This document shows, piece by piece, positions 13,661 to 25,134 of a stretch of DNA of 64,000 bases; position 1 is the stretch's first letter, and the number at the start of each line of letters is the position of its first letter. Origin of the DNA: Lingula anatina (lineage: Eukaryota; Animalia; Brachiopoda). The notes beneath the pieces are model-generated. The model was not told the DNA's origin and searched no databases. It saw only the letters and a list, made by a program, of their open reading frames with translations. The stretch is from positions 18,538,001-18,602,000 of the forward strand of contig CM120646.1 of NCBI GenBank assembly GCA_051362555.1, written 5' to 3'. Made by a program: the position numbers and the translations under genes.

Positions 13661-14216
13661 CGATTCCTTGTACTGACACAAACACTCACCACCCACTAAA
13701 AACGCTCACCACTTACATATACACGCACAAAGCGTGAGATGTTCACAGGCTGCTATGGGCCCTACTATTTTCCCTGTGTTTTCTGTATGCAATCTGCTTC
13801 AGGACTCGGCAAATGGGGTGCCATCGTTGTTTACTGGCAGGGGAAGAAGATACTTTACACGGGGGAGAAAACGAAAGAAAAGTTAGCGACATATCTTCAC
13901 GAGGTAGGTGATGCATGTCCTTATAAGCTTACAAATAGCAGCTTCAAACAGTCTTCTGCCAGATGAAGGATATCACGAAAACCGGGCGGGATATTATTTT
14001 AGTGTCTACTCTTCCAAAGATTCATTCGAAAAATTGATAAAATTTAGGAATTCTTTACTACCGCGTACATAAAGCATCCGTCCGTGAGACTCTAAATCTT
14101 TTTTCTACCTGCCCATGATGAAACACTATATTTTACGAAATAACCAAATTATCAACCCACAAAATATCGAAGAAACTGTATGCAGTATAAAAAGATGATC
14201 AAAGATACCATAAACA

Positions 14217-14247
<31 letters not shown>

Positions 14248-17200
14248 GAATGACAGCAATGCATTTGTACACACAGTTCCAAACAGACAAAGATGGCGAC
14301 GGCATACCGGATGCAATTGATCACGACGATGACGGCGATGGAATCCAGGATCACCAGCACATAGACTCGGATGGGGACGGCGTACCGGATCACTTGGACC
14401 ATGACGACGACAATGATGGAATACCAGATCACCATGACCATGACGATGATGGGGATGGAATCCTGGACCATCATGACGAAGATCACCACGACTGGCATGG
14501 TAAATATAGTTGCTTCTCTAGACCGCTAACTTTTCATGACATTTTTAATCACTGCAATGAAACCAGGTTACAAGTCTGATACTCTTATCTTAACACAAAT
14601 AGCCTCCCTATATAGCTATGCTTACTTACAACCCATCAACCAGGTAACATGTCTCTTTTTAAGTTTTGCATAGATATAATACCTTTATACCCAAACTATC
14701 ATAAATATTAAACAGTAATATTTATTAAATGCATGTACAAGTAGGTATTAAACGGTTTGTGACAATAATTTTTTTAAATCAGAAATGATGAAAAAAATTG
14801 ATGACTGCTATCTGACAATATCTTAGGCGCCAACCCAAGGATTACGCCATGTAATATTCATGCTGGATTTTAGGTCACAAGGACACAGATGGAGACGGCA
14901 TACCGGATCATTTGGATCATGACGATGACGGAGATGGTATACCGGACCACCATGACGAGGATCACCATGAATTCGGAGAAGGTAATGAGACGGCGACCCT
15001 TTGGTTTTGAATTCATAGCTGTACAGTCATTTGAGAAAAAGAGTTAGACTTTATAACGTAAGCAATGCATCGCTTGTAGCAACATGTTCATTTTAATTTA
15101 GCAATTATTTTAATTTGAAACGATTTTGTTTTCTGTCGTGTATGCTGTGTATTCATAGAATTCTATAACACGTCATATCGCAATTGTTCGTGTTTTTAGA
15201 AAGTATCTTATTATTATTTTTGCTTATTTCTTTCAGTTCGAGACAGCGTTGTTTGAATGCATATATGCGTATTAGTATTTTCTCTTAATTAAGCTTCTTT
15301 ACCTTTATTTCATTTTCTCCTATCAAAAGACCACGTGGACACGGATGGAGATGGCATACCAGATCACCTGGACCATGACGATGATGGGGATGGCATTCCG
15401 GATCATCACGACGAAGATCACCATGAATATGGGAAAGGTGAACGCGCTTACGTGTCTCATACACAACCCCTAAATTAAGGCCCAGATAGCACATTTTAAA
15501 TAGTTTATATCCAATGATGCCATGAGGTTAAACATTCCCATATTTCAAAACGACCTAAAGGTATTTATTAATGGTCTAAAGCTACCGTACAAGTTGTCAT
15601 TTATGCATTTTTTCCTTTAAGTAATAAAATTAAATCTGATAATATGTTTTAATTGGATTTTTCGAGTAGATCACAAAGACTCGGATGGGGACGGCATACC
15701 GGATGATTTGGACCACGATGACGACGGTGACGGCGTGCCAGATCACCATGACGACGATCATGGCCATTTCCATAAGAGAAAATCTGCAACCCAGGGCAAA
15801 GCAGGTTAGTAGTATGATAGCAGTTACCCAGCATACATGTACGTTGACACCCTACGTTATTACAACGTATATTACAAAGTATCATTATATTGCCCTTGCT
15901 TATAGTCAAGCTAAATCATTGTAAACTTCATTTGCATTCATCGAAAGTAAATATTTCGTAGACCTCGTCGACACTGACGGTGACGGAATACCGGATCATC
16001 TGGATCACGATGATGATAATGACGGCATACCGGATCACCATGATGACGACCACCATGACTGGCATGGTAAGTTACGTCTGACACAAACATGTACCTGTGT
16101 GAGCTACATTTCACGTTCTCCTTCACCAAAACGACACTACGAATTTCATAATATTGTCTCAGACGTTCTCAAGCCACTAATGTTAATATACATGTACATG
16201 GACTCTGCGTTGTTTTAGTTAATTTGTGTACATGCGTGCTCGTGTGTATTTGACTTTCACAAAATTATTGTTGGTATTTTTATTGTATGTATCCATTAGA
16301 ACAATTGAGAACACTGTACTATGTTATTTTTCCCTGTAGGTCACAAAGACACGGATGGTGACGGAATACCAGATCACCTAGATCATGATGATGATGGAGA
16401 TGGTATACCGGACCATCACGATGATGATCATCATGAATATGGAAAAGGTGGGTCTTTAAAGGATTTTCAGATATGACTCTTGAGTATTATTTTCTTTTTG
16501 GCACTTTTGGGTGGATTAAAAATTAAGGCATGTGAATAGGTTAGCCAATTCATTAAAAACAGCTATTTCCCTCTTGACAGTTCTCATTTGCTCAACTTTT
16601 GACACAGTGAATAGAGCATTGAATTGCATGTAACTGTACAAGTACACGGCACAAAATTTGATGTGGTTGATATCCTTACAGCACAATCACGTCCAATGCA
16701 CCTTGTCTCAACTACCACACTACTTATAGGCTGACCAAAAGAAAAAAATTCGACAAATGTCAACTCGTTTTTACAAAACGGAATCTATCACAACATCGTG
16801 CCGAGTAAAGAAAAAAACAAGTAAATAGCAAGCGTTGCTAATAAATGTCCACGTAATTACTGCCTTCGTATTTGATTATGGGAAATGAATCAGAAGTTGT
16901 TATTCTTCTTAAGATCATAAAGATAGCGACGGTGACGGCATCCCGGATCATTTGGACCACGACGATGACAATGACGGCATACCGGATCACCATGATGAAG
17001 ATCACCATGAATATGGAGCCGGTAGGTTTCAAATCGAATTTTTTAATCAAATTGATCAATCTCGGTACTTTGTCTGTGGAAAATTAATTCATATCTGAAA
17101 AATGGTGAGTATTGTATTGCAAAAGAAGAGCTTAAACATCAGCTTCTTACTTTCATAAATACGTTATATTTAATAGACACCAAAACAGATCCCTTGCCCT

Positions 17201-17374
17201 TTATCTTTTTCTGTAGATCACGCAGACGCTGATGGAGACGGCATACCGGATCACTTAGATCATGACGACGATGGCGACGGTGTGCCGGATCACCATGACG
17301 ACGATCACGATCATTTCCACGCGAAAAAGGCCGCAGAAGCCAAGAAGGCGGGAAAAGTTAAAACAGAATTGTAG
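11706..17374 (+). CDS. ER-lumenal His/Asp-rich metal-binding protein: signal peptide, calsequestrin-like thioredoxin domain, His-rich DxDxDGIPD repeats, C-terminal KTEL
   Basis: 11 frame-consistent exons: 11706-11888, 13532-13604, 13803-13903, 14277-14499, 14874-14981, 15330-15437, 15670-15804, 15962-16066, 16340-16447, 16914-17021, 17217-17374. Total 1410 nt = 469 aa. Hydrophobic N-terminus [23 protein letters not shown]. Exons 2 and 3 have the same sizes (73 and 101 nt) and phases as in the upstream paralogue. Ends GKVKTEL*. Confidence 0.9.
13611..13654. repeat. (CT)n microsatellite
   Basis: CT dinucleotide run just after the exon 2 donor. Confidence 0.9.
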
Positions 17375-17861
17375 ACGGCATCTCAGCTGGCGATTGGATT
17401 GTCAGTTACGCCCGGCAATAACCATTTTGGATGTCCAAGACGATCCGGATGCAGATCAAAATCTGTTAGTGATGGTGCCTTGACGGCCTACATAATGTGG
17501 AGACAAGGCCATGATTATAATAAGTCATGAGAGACGAGTCGTGAAAAAAAAAACCCAAATATTTTAAAGCATTAGAAATTCGAGTTTTTTTAGTTGACAT
17601 AATTACTATTAGCAAAGAGAATTTTAAAACGTATCGATTTGCATGCCTACTTATAACTTGATACCTTCTTGTTAGACGTACGTGTTTGAATTCTGAAATA
17701 ACGTTTTATGTCAAAAATATCATAAATCATGATTGTATTCACTTTTTTATAATAAGATTTCTGCACTACACACTGCGAGTAAATAGCTTCATATGTAGGA
17801 TTATAAAAACATATTGTAATATTTCATGTTCTCTTCACGTATCACACTGCACATTCAGTGA

Positions 17862-18628
17862 ACTGAGAATAAAATCGAAGTCCAAGTGACACTAAACTTG
17901 GAGTCCAGCAGCGGTGCCTAAAATAACTCCCAATTGGAGTCAAGTTGACTCCGATGGAGTAACACCATCCCAGACCCCACAGGAGGGTCACAATTGACTC
18001 CATTCACATATCCCTTCATCCCTTGATTTATCTCTGCAAAAGAGTCACCATGACCCCATATTAAGGAATTTTTGACTCCTTGGCTGATTGAAAAACGAAA
18101 CAGCTGCAACAACAGTGCCAAGCGGGGAGACAGCAGGTGCCGTTTATTAGAGACCGGTATGTCCCCGGTGGGGCTTGATCCCAAGTCCTCCCGCTCAGAA
18201 GGCGGGCACTCTAACCTGTATACCAACATATCACTTAAAGGGTGTGGGCAACTGAAAGCCCGGGCCAGTAATAAGTGCACGAGTTCTGCATGCAAAAACA
18301 CACAGAAAACCACTTGTTCATGCATAAAACCAACTATGGCCAATAAAGTAATGTTTATACTGACAAAGGATGATGAAAACTGTCCAGCGAGCGAAAAGAG
18401 TCGGTGAAAGGGGTCAGCCAGACGCTGGCCTCCGGTAATTTGACTCTGATTTTAGAGCCAGATTTACTCCATGAGAGCCAGGGGGTGATTGGCTCTGATA
18501 AGAGAGTCTAAAGACTCTGGTAGTGGGGTAATTTGACCCTTATATAGGAATCAAATTAACTCCATGAGGGTCAAGGGGTGCTGGACTCTGACTAGAGAGC
18601 CAAATGACTCCAATTTTATTCTCAATGT
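17862..18628. mobile_element. Non-autonomous TIR DNA element with subterminal GACTC/GAGTC repeats
   Basis: Left end actgagaataaaatcgaagtc resembles the reverse complement of the right end gactccaattttattctcaatgt; many ttgactcc/ggagtc motifs lie near both ends. Confidence 0.5.
18159..18232 (-). mobile_element. tRNA-derived SINE head (degenerate tRNA-like sequence)
   Basis: Minus strand reads gttggtatacaggttagagtgcccgccttctgagcgggaggacttgggatcaagccccaccggggaca, with A-box-like and B-box-like segments at tRNA spacing but a degenerate T-loop. Confidence 0.55.
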
Positions 18629-19397
18629 GGTAACGCAGAGGATACAACTTGTTACGTTTTAATGGCGCAACTTACTTATATTATTTCAAAAGTTGGACTA
18701 AATCCTCAATAATGTTCATTAATACAAGGACATGATGTGCAGAGTTTTAAACACGCTCCGTTTGAATTTATTTGTATGATGAAAAAAAATTAACAACCTA
18801 GGGGATCAATATTTGGTATGGATATTTTTATGGTACAGTTTTATGCTCTCACTGTTTTATAATGGTTGCAAAGATTGTGCCGTGTTGCATTAGCCCACCT
18901 GGGTAGAGATACTGCTTATTTACATGAAAAGGACCAATTTTTGTCTAAATGTGTGAAAACCGAAGGAGGCAGCACGCATTCAAAGAGATTGATCAAAAGA
19001 ATCTTCTCAAAGATATTTTTAGGTGGCATTCAAACTTGTCAACTCTAGAAATAATGCGCAAATTGTCTCCTTAACAAAGATGCAATTTTTTAATCATTCT
19101 GTAATTGTGAAATTATTTTATAAATTTCCTATTTAAAACTGATAACCTACCTTTGCTTCTGATACGGCTTAAAACGAACTTTTTTTCTAGTAGTTTTGAA
19201 ATTCCAAAGCCCATACACATACATATATATAAGAATAAAAAATGTTGATATTCTTTATTTTCGTTTTTTATTATTTATTTATTTACTCTTGCATCAAACT
19301 TTAAATCATTGCAGGCAGGCATTCGTGAAGATTTATACACTTGATTTTAACCATAAATAAAAAAAGAAAAAAAATACAACGTTCCCCTTTTCCCCCC

Positions 19398-19437
<40 letters not shown>

Positions 19438-20508
19438 GTATGAAAAACGATGTAATAAATGCACCTCTGATAAAGGCGTAACAATTAAAGTGCACTTCAA
19501 AATTCATATTGCACTCGCATGAAAGTTTTCCCGTTTGTAAGGACGCAATATGATTGGTATTATGAATCGTAGCAAACCTCGATAGGTTTGGGGGAACGTT
19601 TCCTTATCTTATGCTTGGCTGCATGCTAATAACACAACCTTAACACTTCAGAGGTGTTTATTATTTTTCACCCAAAGAATAAATGGGCGTTAAACCCTGA
19701 AACATTTGTTTATTGTACTGTAAAGAAACATTTCTCTTGCGATGGCGTCAGGATTACAATTCTTTTGTTAACTAAAATTAGATTAACATTCACAACACCA
19801 AGCGTAAAATTTAATAACCATAATTAATTTAATTCATAAGATTTATTTTTAAGCCAGTAATACGAGCATAACTGATAGGATCACTTTTGACCACTGTTAC
19901 ACGCACTCACACCTGGCCACAATAATGTGAATAAAACTGGAAATATAAACATGACATTTACTCCTGATTTGACAGAATATTGTCGATCCTTTGATTTCAT
20001 GACCTTTGAAAAACTCGATAGCCCTGCCAGACTGTACATCCGTAAATAGTTTGTTTACTGATGAATAAACATGTCATTTTGGATGAGATGAGTGGTATAA
20101 AGAGTGCATAAGCCACTGGTCAGACAATCAGAGCACAATACATGTATATACTGTCAGCTGAATCTGGTGAAAATTGTGCATTGATGTTTTCATCGTTTTA
20201 TGGTCGTTATAGCCGTACTCTAGCGTATATGCTCACTGGATATTATGAGCAGTAGAGGACATTAGAGTAAGAACTAACACTGGTAGACTTTATTTAGAAT
20301 ATCGCAGATAGGGGGCGAATAAGTTTCCAATTTAGAATGGGACAGGTGCCTGACTTGGGACATAATTTTGATTTGGGAAATGAAGGGAGATAGGGATCCG
20401 GGATGTTGTAGACATGTACAATTAGCGACCCCCTGTGATAAAAAGTTTTGTTGTGTTCTCCGCGCGTTTATTTTATAAAAATCTCCTTCAGATTTTAGAA
20501 ATTAAAAA

Positions 20509-20549
<41 letters not shown>

Positions 20550-21330
20550 GAACGTATACTAACATTAATTCTAGGTGGCACGCTTTCAATCCAATATGGA
20601 TACTTCTATTTTATTGTAAAGTATTTTACACAGGACTGTGCGTTGTTACAAATGTTTATTTTAAATAGAAATCATTTTAAGAAATGAAATATATAATCCA
20701 TAAAGCCTATGAACACACATATATAACAATACCAATATTCCCCTGAATTCTGCAGCAAGTAACTGCCCAACCGAAAAACAGAAACAAACGCCACAACGGG
20801 CATTGAAAACGTGCAAACTGTTTGTCCAAATTAAAAGTAACTCGCTGGCTTGTAAAAAATGACGCAACAGGTCACGCGCGAGGGGCAAAGGCCAGAAGAG
20901 AAATGGCGAATCTCGAGGATTGATTTTATTGATTTGTTTACTGCAGCGAGCCTTGGCACTGTTGCATCACTGAAGTGATATAACAATTTCTCGCTTTACT
21001 GGCAGTTAACATATGCTGTTGCTTCAGTAAACAATTGAGTTTATTAACAATTGCTAATCTGATAATGTCAAGGTCTGAAGTTTAGACTGTAATTTTGATT
21101 AACTTCAGTTCAGTACAATCCACAACAGAAATGCATTATAATGAAGTTATAAGCGGTATCAAAATGAAACACTGGCCATATTTTCATGTTAAAAGACAGG
21201 CGCGAGATAGCTTTGCAGTGGCCGACCGTTCATTCATCTTGGATCAGAGTGACCCTGGGGCTGACTGGGGCTATCACCTCCATGCCCTGTGGTCATCAGC
21301 ACGGCCAGTTCATAAAAACCGAGCTATGGT

Positions 21331-21428
21331 CCCAGCAAACACAGAAAGTTATCATAACGTTCCCATAACGTTAATATAAAGGAAAAAACGATATGGTAAC
21401 GTTATAGTAACGCTCTGTAATTGCTGGG
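21331..21428. mobile_element. CMC/EnSpm-type MITE
   Basis: TIRs cccagcaaacacag ... ctgtaattgctggg, 2-bp target duplication (gt on both sides), internal taacgtt repeats. Confidence 0.7.
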
Positions 21429-22125
21429 GTTGTGATGACTCCGACAGAACAGGCAGAGCCGCAGGAGTGAAGATATACATGTAGAATCACTGGAAATGCA
21501 CATAAGCAAGAAGCGATGAATATTAAAGTAAAGAATCTTCACATTCACTGAAAATTGTGTCGATTTGACTAAAACTTGACTGATACAACCTGCCAAAATT
21601 AAAAAAAAAACTGCAAAAAGTGTGTTAAGTATTGTGTATGGTACACAAAGAAAAAAGGTCAAAGTCAAGGAAAGGTTGATTTATTTTTATCAAAAGTATT
21701 CAAATGACCTGGGAGATCCAAAGTACACTAGTACATTTCGTCCTTTTTTGTTTTACTGTTCTAATGATTACAATAACGTAAATCTAGTTTTACATAAATT
21801 CACCAAAAACCTAGTTTTTGGATTCTTCGATTCAGGTCTACTCAAGTCTTATAGTAAAAGCAAATTTAAATACAGTGAAGACAGGTTAATAATGTTCCCT
21901 ATGCCTTGAACAAAATCACCCGTCATACTTTATAAATAACAGCGAGTGAGTCAAGTGAATTTCCCAATACTTTTTATCAGCTTTATTGTTGCCAAACTCG
22001 TGATAGATTCAAAATTCATGGGAAATTTGATACGAAATGAGCAGCTACTTGGAAAGTGACGCACTAGTGTCGACTGCACGTGATTAAAAACAATAGAAAA
22101 AGTTAGATCACAGCAACTTGTAAGG

Positions 22126-22226
22126 TCGCATTCAGAACAGATGATCCGCGGATTTACTGAGCGGATTAAAAATGACCGATCCCTCTTAAAAGTAAGCCGC
22201 AGAGCTGTTGGTCCGCGGATCAACTT
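22126..22226. mobile_element. Partial copy of the MITE at 22878-23185
   Basis: gcattcagaacagatgatccgcg...attaaaaatgacc...cttaaaagtaa is shared with 22881-22950. Confidence 0.55.
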
Positions 22227-22877
22227 GTTTTAAATGTGCTCTAAGTGTTAGTCTCTCATGGTCAGCTCTAAAAATCCATTCAACTGTGCTTTTGACTTCC
22301 TTGTTTGAACTTCACGCTTATGGATGAATCATCCGATTACAATGTCGAAGAGAATAAATGTAAATGATTTATTTAAATCAATTAAGGAACTAAGATAAAG
22401 AATTGAGTACGCAATTTACAGCGTCAAGCAAATAAATTTATTTAAAGATTTGGATATGAAACAGTTGCGCGTTAATCATCAATTAGTCAAAAACATTACT
22501 AAATAGAATGACAGCAGTTCGATAAAATGTTTAACTACATACACATTGAATTATTGTAATTATGGTTGAGTGTGCCGAAGGGGTTTTGATGTGATATCTA
22601 TTCCATTATTAATTCAGTCATGAATTCAGGATTTTGTTAATGTAGAGGTGGGGTCCGAGGGTATTCCTTGCTTTTCAAACATATAATTGCAGATGAAGAC
22701 AATTAACGACAGCATGTCGGGGCAAAAAAAAAAGAAAAAGAAAAATAAATTAAGGGTTGGGGGAGAAGGGGTTATTTCCGCACTTAAGATGATGGGTGAT
22801 CTACTGTGCTATCCCCTCGATTGTCTTACCCCTACCAGCAGCCTATATCTAAGCGGCATCTCCCAGACGCCAGCTAG

Positions 22878-23185
22878 GCAGCATTCAGAACAAATGATCC
22901 GCGAACTAACTGGTCCGCGGATTAAATATGACCAACCCTTCTTAAAAGTAATGCCGCATAGTTCCCTCATGGTCTCCCCGCCTACCACACGTGCCAGGCC
23001 TGCAGGGATCTTGACATTAAACGGTTTAAACCTCGGCTACGAGGTTTAATTGCAAGGCCCCTGCAGGGATGGCTCGTGTGGAGACGGGGTGTCCATTTGG
23101 AGATTGGCGATATTGCTTTAAGAGGGACGGCCATATTTGACACGCAGATTTGTTAGTTCCCGAATCAGCTTGTTCTGACAGCCCC
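22878..23185. mobile_element. MITE with long imperfect terminal inverted repeats
   Basis: The left arm cagaacaaatgatccgcgaactaac...aaatatgacc...cttaa matches the reverse complement of 23116-23180 (ttaagagggacggccatatttg...gttagttcccgaatcagcttgttctg). Confidence 0.6.
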
Positions 23186-24726
23186 AAGTAGATATAGCTA
23201 CGTGTGCGTGCCCTATTAGTGCCTGTCTTTTCAACATTTTCCGTGATATTGGTGTGGAGCAAGTTCGTATTGGGCACGCTCCGGGGTCTACGCAAATCAA
23301 CAAAACAGACTATTTTCATATGCTGCTTTTTAGAAAAAAGACGCCTTAAAACACCTTGTTGTGCTTCGCTGTTTTTGTGTGTTGATCATTTGCTTATTTG
23401 CATTGGTTGTTCATTCTCTTTTGTGGTTTTGCTGTTTGCAAAACAAAACTCACACGAACAGGTAATAACGGCCGGGCACCAAGGGGCGAGCCTATTTTCA
23501 AGACAGTTCTTTTAATGAATTAAAACAGCTGGTATTTTTTAAACCTTAGTTCTTGGGCTTACCTGAGACCTCTGTCTCTTTGTTTGAAATAAAATCGTTT
23601 AAAGGGCAAATGTGTCAACAAACAATTTTTACAATTTCGTACAACTGTGTAACTTCTGGGCCAGTGATTTTGATAACGCTTCATTTAGCCCCCGTCGCGC
23701 GATACAGTATTGTCAGTTGGATCCTGTGAAAGGGAACCTCCGAAAGCGTGTATTGTCGTGCAAGCCCCTGACGCTGGTGTGAAAAGACTCCTCGGAGGTC
23801 AGGTGCTCTCATGCAACACTATGTAACTGTGTTCACTTGAATGACCCTCTTAAACAGAATATACGTGTTCACCTCCCAACCTCCTAAATTCATCGAGCAC
23901 CTTTGGTTGTAGTTGTGCCTTCCCCGGGGTGTGGGTTTTTAGGACCTAGGGCCTTAATGAGGGAATGTATTGGTATTTTAAACGATAACTGTCCAAGGCG
24001 CAACATTTACTTTAAGCACGTTTGTGTAGGTTTGTAAATAAAAATGATTAAGTCACTCTTGTATAAGAGGAAGAAAATAAAGGGATAAACGCATGTAAGC
24101 ATCCATCGAGATTTTAATGTTAAGCTTAATTTCATCAATATCATCAAAAATTATCGGAAATTATCTGGCTTTCCTTTGATATGATAAAAACGAGAGCAAA
24201 TTAGAAATTAGGGTATCGCTTTCAAATATGGGACCTGTGAGCAAATAAAAATTGCACGAATCCCTGGCTCCAATCAAATACTAAAGGTGAATACAGATAA
24301 AGTCATGGGTGGAGTCTTTTATGATTGAAATGGTCCAATTTACATTTTTTTCTCTGTATCTTCAACATAAGAATACTAATCGCAGTCGCGTATTATCCAA
24401 ATGAACAACTAATTTCTCCATCTTGGACAAGGTTGAAACAAAAATGAAGAATTTGGTAAAGAAGAGAAAATTTTAAGAGATTCTGATATCTTATAAGATA
24501 GGTCTCCCGAGGCATATTGTTTCCGGCACTAGGCGCTTTTAAAGATGTAGACAGGTGGGGTACCACTTGTTCTTTAAGACCTGCACAAAAGAAAAAGAAA
24601 GGTCGCTGAACGTCAGAACAAATAACAAATACCTGTGATATGCGGTATATGAATAAAAGATAGCAAGGCTGACTGATACGACGTCCGGTTGCGCATGGAG
24701 GGTCGGGGTTAATCAGGCGCGTCACT

Positions 24727-24818
24727 GGGCGGAAACTCGTGCTAGCTCTCCGCCATATATGGCGACGGCTATAAAAGGTCGCGCCTGAGGCCAAAACCCG
24801 CAGTTGTCACACAAAATG
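24727..24818 (+). promoter_or_regulatory. Core promoter (GC box, CArG/YY1 palindrome, TATA, Inr) and short first exon, probably of PLP-enzyme gene A
   Basis: GGGCGG at 24727; palindrome CGCCATATATGGCG at 24751-24764, containing a perfect CC(A/T)6GG; TATAAAAG at 24770; GCAGTT with its A at 24802 (32 nt from the TATA); donor atg|gtaaac at 24818. Confidence 0.6.
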
Positions 24819-25095
24819 GTAAACTGTGCGCACTAATGCACAACGTTGCGAAACAAACCTGTTTTTTTACCCCCGTATTCTGTTTGAGGAAAGATTTAAA
24901 AAAGCTCTTATAATACCAAGGGATATCATTTTACAGACAAGAGGGCAAACAATCTCGCAAAAGAATCTTAGACCGAATTTGGATATAGATTTTTGAAAAC
25001 ATAGGCGGTGTAACATCATTTTACTAACAGACCCCATTCAGGTAACGGAGAACTAGACAGAGAGTCAAAAATACAGATTCACAGCGACCTAAGGA

Positions 25096-25134
25096 ATGGA
25101 AAACAAAAAGAAAGCAAAGAAGAAGGGAATGAAG
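25096..25134 (+). CDS. Candidate first coding exon of PLP-enzyme gene A (MENKKKAKKKGMK)
   Basis: Branch-like TACTAAC at 25022, acceptor ttcag at 25041, ATG at 25096, and a phase-0 donor aag|gtaaat compatible with the phase-0 exon at 32840. Confidence 0.45.

Noticed and set aside
1846-17374. Calling the DGDGIPD proteins thrombospondin/COMP or bacterial contamination
   Set aside because: The repeats lack the TSP cysteines, there are no EGF or C-terminal lectin domains, and the genes have spliceosomal introns and ER-retrieval signals.
18159-18232. Functional tRNA gene
   Set aside because: The T-loop is degenerate (GGATCAAG rather than GTTCRA), the acceptor stem is poor, and it is embedded in repeat DNA; a SINE head fits better.
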